Part shown: one piece after another, positions 51,581-63,720 of the stretch
Layout: each line of letters begins with the position of its first letter
Position numbering within the stretch: the stretch's first letter is position 1
Source of the DNA: Macrostomum lignano
Lineage: Eukaryota
Direction of reading: 5' to 3'
Length of the DNA: 64,000 nt
Assembly (NCBI GenBank): GCA_002269645.1
Contig: NIVC01001338.1
Location: 62,001 to 126,000 of the forward strand
Position numbers and translations under genes: made by a program
The notes under the pieces: generated by a model
Told to the model about the DNA's origin: nothing
Seen by the model: the letters and a program-made list of their open reading frames with translations, nothing else
The model's database searches: none

Positions 51581-53921
51581 TGTTGATAGCCGGGGGGGGG
51601 CAGAGCTGCTCCGTTCAAACGCGTCTGAATCTCGCTCTTAAGTCCTAGGCTCGATTCCAAGCACCCCAAAAGCAGTTAATGGGGCTCATGCATAAAAATG
51701 GTTTGTCCTTCTCAACCCTTAAGCACTGTACGAGTACAACCTCTGTGAGTTCGTGTTTGCGTACGTTTCCGTGTGCACACGTGTGCTCAGGGGTCAGCGG
51801 ACCGATGTTTGCATGGCAGCCTTGACTAGCGGTAGTGTCATAGATAAAGGAGTCCTTGCTTCGAGAAGACAGTCCATGGACAGCGCAAGTTGTCAAACTA
51901 GATCGATGAATTTATAAGCCAGAAAGTTCCTAACAGAAATCCAATCGATATTTATTCAACTCAATTTCATAGTGCACTTGATTCTGTGAAAACTCCATTA
52001 ATAAGAAGAATCGAAGGCATATTTCTCTCTCGCTAAAAAAATTACCTAGTGTGTAAAATTATTTTTTTGCTGTTCAATGCAACAGTTAAACTACTTAAAT
52101 TTAGATTATAGATACACTTGTTCCTGTAACACTCATCTACTTATATGAGTAGCGTGGTTAACATTTTGTTGTTCTGCTTTGGTGCTATGCTCCTACAGTA
52201 CCGGTACATGTATGTATGCAGTATAGTATATAGTTAGTTGGCTTTTAGCCACCCAGTTGCAGCATCTTTCGGTCAAACAGCTTACAAACAGTGGTAATAA
52301 TTTACAAATTTTATTACCTGCCATACACTTTGGACAAGCCTGTAGAGCAATGCCGAAAATCAAGAATTCGTGTCCATATCGCGTTGTCAGCTGCACCTGA
52401 TGTACAGTATGTACTCGGATGTACAAACTTACACAAGATGTACAGTGGCCCTCTGACTTTCTTTCCGTCAGGAAGTCTACTAGAAATCATAATGTGCTGT
52501 GTCTGGGTTGGCTCAAATGAGCAAAGATCGCTACGACAAGCTCTAGGCCTATTGCCGGTCTAGGCACTTAATTAAGAAATTAATTTCGCCACAGGTGTAT
52601 AGCCGAACTCGGGTACTTTTCACACAATGGCTTCAATTCGAAGAGAAACATTGTCGATCGGGAAAGTCACTCGCACGACAGCGTGTAGGAGGTAACAAGG
52701 GAAAGCTCGTGCTCATTTACATTTTAAGATATCAAGCTTTAGACTGTTGAGCCATCGGTTTGGAGGTTTAATCAAAATATTTTTAAGACTCGAGTGCATG
52801 CACTCAAATCAACAGGTACACAGCCCATGCACTGATTACTTTGCCGGGCTCATTTGGAGGCTTTTGAATCGAAAAAGCACAAAACTTCAAACTAAACCGC
52901 GGGTGAAAAATTAATTAAAGGCTGTTTTTCTACACCGAATGCATTTTTTTGTTTACTATTTCCGTAATGCTTCTTGCTGTTGCCCAAAAAAGGAAGATAA
53001 ATTTCGTGCTGAATATCTAATATCTCCTTCAGCACTATTTTATAATTTGTTTTTATGTGCACGACGCTTCAGTTTACACCAGTATCTAATATTAGGTATG
53101 GAATTTTCTACTGTCAAAATTAGGGTCAGAGTAAACCCGATCTGCGGCAATGGCAAACCTGCTGCCTCCAAAAGCTTTCCAAGAAACGAAGTTTCCCGTA
53201 GTTACTTGAGTAGTCATTGGTCATGACTTTCTTCAGATTGAGCTTTATTGCGTGTGAGCATGTCAATGCATGCAGAAAATATTTTGGTAATTCCTGATTT
53301 AATCCAGCCTACGCTCGTACCGAATATGGAAAATCGCGAGCTCAACGAGGCCCCAATTCTGGAGTAAGCTCAATTTTTGACTGTCAACTGCCCTGGGGGT
53401 TTTAAAAATTACTTGACTCGAATTGTTTAATGTTTCCAATGCTATCTATACGACGTAAATGCACTTCTGCAGTATGCTGCGTGCGTTTTACTCGTAGATT
53501 TGAAAGACATTCATTTTAGAATACATCGTAGTATGTTGCATCAAAACACGGACGTTGTCAAGAATTTTTTTATCGTTAAGGGGGCGCCAGCACCAGGGGC
53601 TTTAGCACCAAGGGCGCCAGCACCAGGGTCACCAGCACCGGGGTCACCAGCACCGCATCCTGGCTACGACACTGCATCAGAGCTGCCTGAATTAATATAA
53701 ATGTAGGAGAAAGCTAATGTTGATCTGGATTCTTTTTTTATTGCAGCACTGTTTCATAGAAATTTGATGCAAGAACAATAAGAGCAATTTAATTCAATTA
53801 ATCAAAAAAAGCAATTCTAATTTCCTTGGATGACTCTGGTCCAATTCTCGCGAATTCAAGCAATCAGTGTCTCATCTGGCTGGCCTCATCCGGATTGGCC
53901 CGCAACTGATGTGGACTTCAT

Positions 53922-53929
53922 TATAAATA
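53922..53929 (+). promoter_or_regulatory. Candidate TATA box of the second defensin-like gene
   Basis: TATAAATA 120 bp upstream of the ATG; CCAAT/ATTGG at about 53841 and 53894. Confidence 0.4.
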
Positions 53930-54041
53930 CTCGCATAGGTGTGACTCTGCGTCCGTACTGCATCTGACGTACTCAAAGCAAAACCTTGGATTTTTCAGTA
54001 ATCTTTTTCCTGTCTCAATCAGTTCTGATACTAATTAGCCA

Positions 54042-54542
54042 ATGCATTCGTCCACTACAATACTGGCAGCTTGCCTTGTGCTGGTGCTAATCAGCGTTGA
54101 CTATCAGGGTGGCGGAGTTAGCGCCACACCTTTGGCTAATAAACCTGGCGAGATGCAAACTCGACAAGTCAACAAAAGAGTTTTCTGTAAGTAATAAAAC
54201 CAACTGGTTTCAGATTTTTATTTTGCCAGGCAGTCGATCGATAAGCTAAGCCAACAACCCCACGCTGCGTGCTAAATGTACATTTAGCTGACAATGTACA
54301 GATTGTAGGGTAGGCAGAAATTCTCTGCTATCTCACCCACCTCCCCACTGCGCGCTGAATGTACATTGAATGTACACTCGGAACTTTAAATGCCAATTTC
54401 TACCTACTTTCCAGATTTTCACACGGTTTTTCGCTACTGCACCCGCCGTTGTCGTCAGCACTTTGGCGTCACCGCCGGCTGCGTTGGATACCTGAACATG
54501 CCTTTAGGCACATGCGACTGCGTCTGTTCCAACTATCCTTGA
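54042..54542 (+). CDS. Small secreted Cys-rich defensin-like peptide precursor (90 aa)
   Basis: Exon 54042-54186 (145 nt, donor GTAAGT), 228-bp intron, exon 54415-54542 (TTTCCAG acceptor). Translation: MHSSTTILAACLVLVLISVDYQGGGVSATPLANKPGEMQTRQVNKRVFYFHTVFRYCTRRCRQHFGVTAGCVGYLNMPLGTCDCVCSNYP*. Confidence 0.82.
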
Positions 54543-55204
54543 CCTTGAGTCGCAGCCACAGCTGGCCATGACAACTAAAATTAATATAATTAAACATCAA
54601 ATTTGCTAATTTCAAGTTGCGATGGAAATTTACACAACAACGAAGTTGACTGTGCTGTTTGCAGTCTGTGATTATAAGAAAATTGCAATGTTAAGATTGA
54701 GAATGCCGTATTTAAGCAGAATTTTGCAAATTTATGTTACCTTTTAATTCAGAGCAGAAGAACTAAATATACGAACGTGCAATCATAATTACATACAAAT
54801 AACAAATTTCAGAGGGACCCTAAGTCCCAAATTAGGCAAGATGGCTTTAAAACAAAAGAATGCATTAAGGTGTCTCTTTTATCTTTTATCTTTTATTTAA
54901 TCTCTTTTTTCTTTAAATCAAAAATGCGTTTCGCAGAATTTTTTTAGCATAAACAAAATCTGATAGGTTAAGTTAGGTTTCAGATTTTTTGGCACTTAAA
55001 CTTGCAGCATTTCAATTTTTAGGCTTCAGAACAGAACTGCGAATGAGGCGGCATGTAGCTGCTTTGTTCAGGGTTGAATTCACGAAAATGGGAAAATGCT
55101 TTAACTGAGGACTGGTAATACGTATTGTAAAACACAGCTTCTGCAGATTAAATACGAGCCAGATAAAACAGCTTTTATCAATGAAATAAGGCCGGTAGGG
55201 TTGC

Positions 55205-56015
55205 CAATCAAGAGACAGGGGCGCCTATCAAGAGACAGGGGCGCCTATCAAGAGATAGGGGCGCCAACTAAGAGACAGGGGCGCCAACTAAGAGACAGGG
55301 GCGCCAACTAAGAGGCAGAGGCGCCTATCAAGAGACAGCGGCGCTAACTAAGAGACAGAGGTGCCTATCAAGAGACTGGGCGCTAATCAAGAGACAGGGA
55401 CGCCCATCGAAAGACAGGGACGCCCACACAGACAGAGGACACCCACCAAGAGACAGGGGCGCCTATCAAGAGACAGGGGCGCCTATCAAGAGACTGGGGC
55501 GCTAATCAAGAGACAGGGGCGCCTATCAAGAGACAGGGGCGCCTATCAAGAGACTGGGGCGCTAATCAAGAGACAGGGGCGCCTATCAAGAGACAGGGGC
55601 GCCAATCAAGAGACAGAGGCGCCTATCAAGAGACAGGGGCGCTAATCAAGACAGGGGCGCTAATCAAGAGACAGTGACGCCCATCGAAAGACAGGGACAC
55701 CCATTAAGAGACACGGACGCCCGCCCAAAGACATGGGCGCCAATCAAGAGACAGGGACGCCCATCAAGAGACAGGGACGCCCATCAAGAGACAGGGGCGC
55801 TCCGCCAAGAGACAGAGACAGAGGACACCCACCAAGAGACAGAGACAGAGGACACCCACCAAGAGACAGAGACAGAGGACACCCACCAAGAGACAGGGGC
55901 GCCAATAAAGAGAAAGGGGCGCCAACCAAGAGACAGGGGCGCCCACCAAGAGACATGGGCGCCAATCAAGAGACAGGGGCGCCAATCAAGAGACAGGGGC
56001 ACCCACCAAGAGACT
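55205..56015. repeat. 20-bp minisatellite (CAAGAGACAGGGGCGCCTAT) with variants
   Basis: Seen directly. Confidence 0.95.
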
Positions 56016-56611
56016 CAAATATTAGATCCCCTGCAGCCCCTTAGAGTTGCAAACCCTGAAAAAAGTCCCAAGCACAACAGTTGAAGACAGGCACGATGTT
56101 TAGCTGATTTTAGAATACTTCGTAATACCACAAATAGCCTTCTATCTCGCGCATGTTGTCACGCTGCAAGCTCGCATGTCTTCAACCCTCTATTTCCTTC
56201 CATGTCCTTTCTCAGTTTTTTCATACCCCTATGGCCACAGTGTCGAGGTTTGACTTTTTTCCCAACTGGATATGCAGGTGCACGAGACCATAGCGCCAAC
56301 AGCTGTCAGGTAGGCAGTTATTCTGCCTCTCCGATCACGGGATTAGGCCGATCTGTGAGAGAGAGCATTATCTGGGATATTGCGAGAAAACAAGGGGCTG
56401 AGTTTTAACGGCCTTGAGACTAAGAATCGATAACTGATCAATCTTTCAATTTCCAATTTCCCCTATGAAGGTAAGGCAACTTACGTACACTAATGGGATT
56501 TCTGCGTTATATAGGCGAAATAATCACTTAGATTTCCCACTGTTTTAATTGATGCAAAATTATTAAACTATTTAATCGTCTGGACAGCACAAAAATAAGA
56601 ATACCACAGGT

Positions 56612-57460
56612 ATGAAACCACTGAGCATTGTGGTCACCATTCAGGTGTGCCTGTCTGTTGCTCTTCTTGTTTTAAACGGTAAGGTCAATTTATAAACTGT
56701 GTTTTTAATGAGGTAGTGACTTAATAAACAGGTAAATATTGTATTAGCAGTGGACTTAAATACCCACAGCATGGGTACGGTAGCAGTGGACCTAAATTCC
56801 CACAGCATGGGCAGCAGTGGACCTAAATACCCAGAGCATGGGTAGCAGTGGACCTAAATACCCACAGCATGGGTAGCAGTGGACCTAAATACCCACAGCA
56901 TGGGCAGCAGTGGACCTAAATACCCACAGCATGGGTAGCAGTGGACCTAAATACCCACAGCATGGGCAGCAGTGGACCTAAATACCCAGAGCATGGGTAG
57001 CAGTGGACCTAAATACCCAGAGCATGGGTAGCAGTGGACCTAAATACCCAGAGCATGGGTAGCAGTGGACCTAAATACCCAGAGCATGGGTAGCAGTGGA
57101 CCTAAATACCCAGAGCATGGGTAGCAGTGGACCTAAATACCCAGAGCATGGGCAGCAGTGGACCTAAATACCCACAGCATGGGCAGCAGCGGACCTAAAT
57201 AACCACAACTCAAACGGTTTGTCAAACAGGTGTCGCAACTGCCAACCCGGCCAACGCTTCCAAGCCCCGAACCCCGCCGCCACCGCCGCCGCCGCCGCCG
57301 GTGGTTCTGCCCTCGGTGCCGGGCGGTCGACGCTGCGTGTTCCCGTTCTGGTGGCACGGCAGGTGGCATCACACCTGCGTGCGGTACGACCTCAAAGGCG
57401 AAGAGTGGTGCTCAATCACTGCAAACTTCACTAAAGACGAAAATTGGATGCGGTGCGACA
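56612..57460 (+). CDS. Secreted protein with a poly-Pro linker and a fibronectin type II domain; 3' exon(s) unresolved
   Basis: Exon 56612-56678 (MKPLSIVVTIQVCLSVALLVLN, donor GTAAGG, phase 1) and exon 57230-57460 (..[53 protein letters not shown], donor GTGAGT), matching the FN2 consensus C.FPF...G....C......WC.TT.N...D..W..C. Confidence 0.82.
56750..57200. repeat. 31-bp minisatellite (CAGTGGACCTAAATACCCACAGCATGGGTAG) in FN2 gene intron 1
   Basis: Seen directly. Confidence 0.95.
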
Positions 57461-57494
57461 GTGAGTTGGGAAGTCACGTGACTGCTACGATGGC

Positions 57495-57935
57495 GTCAGC
57501 CTGTTAGATATGATGAGCAGAGTGTTATGATAGAGTCAGCCTGTTAGACATGAGCACTGAGTGTTATGATAGAGTCAGTCTGTTAGACATGAGCACTGGG
57601 TGTTATCATATAGAGTCAGTCTGTTAGACATGAGCACTGAGTGTTATGATAGAGTCAGTCTGTTAGACATGAGCACTGGGTGTTATCATATAGAGTCAGC
57701 CTGTTAGACATGAGCACTGGGTGTTATCATATAGAGTCAGTCTATTAGACATGAGCTCTGAGTGTTATGATAGAGTCAGTCTGTTAGACATGAGCTCTGA
57801 GTGTTATGATAGAGTCAGTCTGTTAGACATGAGCTCTGAGTGTTATGATAGAGTCAGTCTGTTAGACATGAGCACTGAGTGTTATGATAGAGTCAGTCTG
57901 TTAGACATGGGCACAGAGTGTTATCATAGAGCCGC
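57495..57935. repeat. 39-bp minisatellite (GAGTGTTATGATAGAGTCAGTCTGTTAGACATGAGCACT) after the FN2 exon
   Basis: Seen directly. Confidence 0.95.
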
Positions 57936-58484
57936 AGTGTTAGACAGAAGTGGTGAGCATAATGATGTAAAGATTTTATTGCCTATATTCGCATTATTTT
58001 CCATTTCAGCAATTAATTTTTGTTTCCTAAAGCAAAAACGACAATTTTTGAAATGAGCTCAGCCGCTCGCAATCTGTTTCCGGTTCAACATCTTTTATCC
58101 CTAGCTCTAATTGCATCCTGACGGCTATCCGACAAAAGTGTCCGGTGCGCCTTTCACCTAATTAACTGCCAGCTTAGTCAGAAATCAGGAGCTTTATTTG
58201 AGACAGGGTGTGTGCCATTTCCGCAACCTTTTAAACTAGAAAGAAATCTGCAGGAAGTTTCAACTTAGCCAATCTTTGAGGCTGCTCAATGAAACGTGGG
58301 CGTGGAAAATTCGATAACTAGTTTGATGTTGGCGCTCTTGAAAAGGAATTGCGTCATGCATCACGTTTGGGGCGTTCAAAGTAGCTTGCTTGAACTGCAA
58401 AACTTCATCTGTTAAATATCAAATTTTACAGGACAGATGTTTACCTGTTACAAGACAAGCCCTTGAATTTTTTTATCGAAAAGA

Positions 58485-58650
58485 GGGGTAACTAGCCTAG
58501 TGGTCAGAGCGTCATACTTACGACTGGAAGGACAGGTCGACCCATTCGGGACAAGTTGTGTCCTTGAGCAATACACTTAACTCTGCATTGTTTCAGTTCA
58601 CCCAGCTGTAAAATGGGTGCCAGCATTAGCTGGGGTGATTAAGGGTTTGC
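58485..58650 (+). mobile_element. tRNA-derived CORE-type SINE
   Basis: A box TAGCCTAGTGGTCAGAGCG; GTGTCCTTGAGCAATACACTTAACTCT..TTCAGTTCACCCAGCTGTAAAATGGG resembles the MIR/CORE domain GTGACCTTGGGCAAGTTACTTAACCTCT..CAGTTTCCTCATCTGTAAAATGGG. Confidence 0.7.
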
Positions 58651-59839
58651 GCACGGGGCATTTGTTGGGCCATACGCGTACAACGGGACCCGCACTGTTG
58701 GGCCAAAAAAAATGTTGGGACTGTCCCATCAAGTCCGTCCAACACTTCCAAAAAACTTACAATAGCAGCTCAAAAAAATACTCTATGGATTCAGCTCGAC
58801 AGCCTCTTTTTGATGGTGCAACTCATTTTTAATAATTTTACTTGCTGTGTCAATAAATAAGCAAAAACTGGCGTCCCAATAAGGAAAAATGATACAAAAT
58901 TCGACCAAATCACTATTGGGACACTGAAATGGCTAATCTGCTCCCGCATATTTTTATTGGTTTTTTCTCATATTTTTACTAATAGTAGATTTCAAGCGCA
59001 TTCATTTGCTGCAGTCTTTGTTTCAAGACGTAAATACATAGCATACATTAAAATACATACAAAGCAAAGCATAGCAAAACACTTTTAAGGGTATTTTATT
59101 GTCAAAGGATGGTTCTGGATGGAGATAAACCTAAAGAAATGACAAGGGCTTACATGTACTTCTGACTGTGATGGGCATCAGTACTCTACACGAACTAAAT
59201 TGTTAGGACAGTGTTGCAGTGTTGAATACAACAGCCCACTCTTGTTAGGACTCATGCTATTGACTGCTGCGCGCATTCGATATTCTATAAATTGTTGGGA
59301 CTGTGTGCTAGAGTGTCGTTTACAAAAGCCCACTCATATTAGGACTTACCCCATACATGTTAGGACTAAGCCCTACCCCCTGTGTACATGGCTCCAATTT
59401 ACCAGAGTCCCCTTGCTAGTTAGGTGTACATTTATTTTGGTCTATTATTGACGCCACCCCGCAAACGTACGGTAAACAAAATTGGCATGTACTCGCCATG
59501 CTGAAATCAATGGTCAACTCTGCCTCTGCCATGGCACCCGAGTCACCATGGTATGGAAAGAACAGCATGGAATGGCACAGCGATAAACATGTAAGTGGTA
59601 TTAAAAAACTTTGTCGGAAACAAGAAGCATTTATATTTAAATGCTATAAAAAATACTGCTCCTGCTAAGCAGTACCTACCTTTACTTCAGGTATATCACC
59701 TTTGATCAACTGCCATGTGGCGCAATTGCCAAAGGATCCGTCGACTTTAACCGGTAAGCTGTAAAAGCTTTGAGTAAAACTTGACATTTCGTCTGAATCC
59801 ATTGACATTCAATAGCCTACGTGTCCAACCACAAAAATT

Positions 59840-62800
59840 ATAAGTTTTGTACTTTTAACTCTCAGATCGGGTCTTAGCAGATTTCTATAGCTATGCATGC
59901 AAGGGCCCCTCAGAAGAGATGCTTAAACACTGCAGTGCATTTTTCCTAGCAATTATTGGGACACGAAGTGTTGGGCCACTGTGTGTGTGTCTAGTTTTTT
60001 CCGCATTTGTTAAGTCACCTAAAGAACTCAATTAATAAAGGGCTCCAGAACAAATTGATGGGCAAACGGATGACACACTGCACAGAGACTTGTTGGGACA
60101 TATTAAAAACAGCTTATTTTAGAATGGGTACACTTTACTAAAGTAGAATGCTCCTACAGAAAGCTGCAAGCAAACTAGCATCTTCTGGAGCTGACATGCA
60201 GAGAAGAATGATTTTGTCGTCCTTGAAATCACTAAACAGATATGCGAAATCGATCTTTTGCTAATCCCACCACAGGTTCCAGTGAAAAGAAGAAACGAAA
60301 CCCATTGACTAAATTGGCAGTCGACTCAATCGATGCCGACTGCAACTGACCTGTCAGCTTCGAACTCAGGAGAGCAGCTAATAGACTACGAGAGTAATGC
60401 TAGATGCCAGAATGCTTCACAACATCAAAGTCTTAAGCAGAAGCTTCAATGAAAGGTTAGTTCATGCTGTGGCTGCATTCGTTTTCGTGTCTAGAAGCGT
60501 TATAACTTTTTGTACTTTTAACTCTCAGATCGGGTCTTAGCAGATTCTATAGCTATGCATGCAAGGGCCCCTCAGAGGAGATGCTTAAACACTGCAGTGC
60601 ATTTTTCCTAGCAATTATTGGGACACGAAGTGTTGGGCCACTGTGTGTGTGTCTAGTTTTTTCCGCATTTGTTAAGTCACCTAAAGAACTCAATTAATAA
60701 AGGGCTCCAGAACAAATTGATGGGCAAACGGATGACACACTGCACAGAGACTTGTTGGGACATATTAAAAACAGCTTATTTTAGAATGGGTACACTTTAC
60801 TAAAGTAGAATGCTCCTACAGAAAGCTGCAAGCAAACTAGCATCTTCTGGAGCTGACATGCAGAGAAGAATGATTTTGTCGTCCTTGAAATCACTAAACA
60901 GATATGCGAAATCGATCTTTTGCTAATCCCACCACAGGTTCCAGTGAAAAGAAGAAACGAAACCCATTGACTAAATTGGCAGTCGACTCAATCGATGCCG
61001 ACTGCAACTGACCTGTCAGCTTCGAACTCAGGAGAGCAGCTAATAGACTACGAGAGTAATGCTAGATGCCAGAATGCTTCACAACATCAAAGTCTTAAGC
61101 AGAAGCTTCAATGAAAGGTTAGTTCATGCTGTGGCTGCATTCGTTTTCGTGTCTAGAAGCGTTATAACTTTTTGTACTTTTAACTCTCAGATCGGGTCTT
61201 AGCAGATTCTATAGCTATGCATGCAAGGGCCCCTCAGAGGAGATGCTTAAACACTGCAGTGCATTTTTCCTAGCAATTATTGGGACACGAAGTGTTGGGC
61301 CACTGTGTGTGTGTCTAGTTTTTTCCGCATTTGTTAAGTCACCTAAAGAACTCAATTAATAAAGGGCTCCAGAACAAATTGATGGGCAAACGGATGACAC
61401 ACTGCACAGAGACTTGTTGGGACATATTAAAAACAGCTTATTTTAGAATGGGTACACTTTACTAAAGTAGAATGCTCCTACAGAAAGCTGCAAGCAAACT
61501 AGCATCTTCTGGAGCTGACATGCAGAGAAGAATGATTTTGTCGTCCTTGAAATCACTAAACAGATATGCGAAATCGATCTTTTGCTAATCCCACCACAGG
61601 TTCCAGTGAAAAGAAGAAACGAAACCCATTGACTAAATTGGCAGTCGACTCAATCGATGCCGACTGCAACTGACCTGTCAGCTTCGAACTCAGGAGAGCA
61701 GCTAATAGACTACGAGAGTAATGCTAGATGCCAGAATGCTTCACAACATCAAAGTCTTAAGCAGAAGCTTCAATGAAAGGTTAGTTCATGCTGTGGCTGC
61801 ATTCGTTTTCGTGTCTAGAAGCGTTATAACTTTTTGTACTTTTAACTCTCAGATCGGGTCTTAGCAGATTCTATAGCTATGCATGCAAGGGCCCCTCAGA
61901 AGAGATGCTTAAACACTGCAGTGCATTTTTCCTAGCAATTATTGGGACACGAAGTGTTGGGCCACTGTGTGTGTGTCTAGTTTTTTCCGCATTTGTTAAG
62001 TCACCTAAAGAACTCAATTAATAAAGGGCTCCAGAACAAATTGATGGGCAAACGGATGACACACTGCACAGAGACTTGTTGGGACATATTAAAAACAGCT
62101 TATTTTAGAATGGGTACACTTTACTAAAGTAGAATGCTCCTACAGAAAGCTGCAAGCAAACTAGCATCTTCTGGAGCTGACATGCAGAGAAGAATGATTT
62201 TGTCGTCCTTGAAATCACTAAACAGATATGCGAAATCGATCTTTTGCTAATCCCACCACAGGTTCCAGTGAAAAGAAGAAACGAAACCCATTGACTAAAT
62301 TGGCAGTCGACTCAATCGATGCCGACTGCAACTGACCTGTCAGCTTCGAACTCAGGAGAGCAGCTAATAGACTACGAGAGTAATGCTAGATGCCAGAATG
62401 CTTCACAACATCAAAGTCTTAAGCAGAAGCTTCAATGAAAGGTTAGTTCATGCTGTGGCTGCATTCGTTTTCGTGTCTAGAAGCGTTATAACTTTTTGTA
62501 CTTTTAACTCTCAGATCGGGTCTTAGCAGATTCTATAGCTATGCATGCAAGGGCCCCTCAGAGGAGATGCTTAAACACTGCAGTGCATTTTTCCTAGCAA
62601 TTATTGGGACACGAAGTGTTGGGCCACTGTGTGTGTGTCTAGTTTTTTCCGCATTTGTTAAGTCACCTAAAGAACTCAATTAATAAAGGGCTCCAGAACA
62701 AATTGATGGGCAAACGGATGACACACTGCACAGAGACTTGTTGGGACATATTAAAAACAGCTTATTTTAGAATGGGTACACTTTACTAAAGTAGAATGCT

Positions 62801-63720
62801 CCTACAGAAAGCTGCAAGCAAACTAGCATCTTCTGGAGCTGACATGCAGAGAAGAATGATTTTGTCGTCCTTGAAATCACTAAACAGATATGCGAAATCG
62901 ATCTTTTGCTAATCCCACCACAGGTTCCAGTGAAAAGAAGAAACGAAACCCATTGACTAAATTGGCAGTCGACTCAATCGATGCCGACTGCAACTGACCT
63001 GTCAGCTTCGAACTCAGGAGAGCAGCTAATAGACTACGAGAGTAATGCTAGATGCCAGAATGCTTCACAACATCAAAGTCTTAAGCAGAAGCTTCAATGA
63101 AAGGTTAGTTCATGCTGTGGCTGCATTCGTTTTCGTGTCTAGAAGCGTTATAACTTTTTGTACTTTTAACTCTCAGATCGGGTCTTAGCAGATTCTATAG
63201 CTATGCATGCAAGGGCCCCTCAGAAGAGATGCTTAAACACTGCAGTGCATTTTTCCTAGCAATTATTGGGACACGAAGTGTTGGGCCACTGTGTGTGTGT
63301 CTAGTTTTTTCCGCATTTGTTAAGTCACCTAAAGAACTCAATTAATAAAGGGCTCCAGAACAAATTGATGGGCAAACGGATGACACACTGCACAGAGACT
63401 TGTTGGGACATATTAAAAACAGCTTATTTTAGAATGGGTACACTTTACTAAAGTAGAATGCTCCTACAGAAAGCTGCAAGCAAACTAGCATCTTCTGGAG
63501 CTGACATGCAGAGAAGAATGATTTTGTCGTCCTTGAAATCACTAAACAGATATGCGAAATCGATCTTTTGCTAATCCCACCACAGGTTCCAGTGAAAAGA
63601 AGAAACGAAACCCATTGACTAAATTGGCAGTCGACTCAATCGATGCCGACTGCAACTGACCTGTCAGCTTCGAACTCAGGAGAGCAGCTAATAGTCTACG
63701 AGCGTAATGCTGGATGCCAG
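59840..63720. repeat. 662-bp tandem repeat, about 5.9 near-identical copies
   Basis: The AGATCGGG anchor recurs at 59864, 60527, 61189, 61851, 62513 and 63175. Confidence 0.98.

Noticed and set aside
52190-52700. Possible third Cys-peptide gene on the minus strand (GTAAGT donor, phase 1)
   Set aside because: No signal peptide, the candidate intron is only 36 bp, and no CxxxC/CxC framework.
55361-56084. RQGR/QETG repeat ORFs
   Set aside because: Artefacts of the 20-bp minisatellite.
59480-59760. Exon-like segments with GTAAGT/GTAAGC donors before the 662-bp array
   Set aside because: Could not be joined to the FN2 gene or to a recognisable protein.
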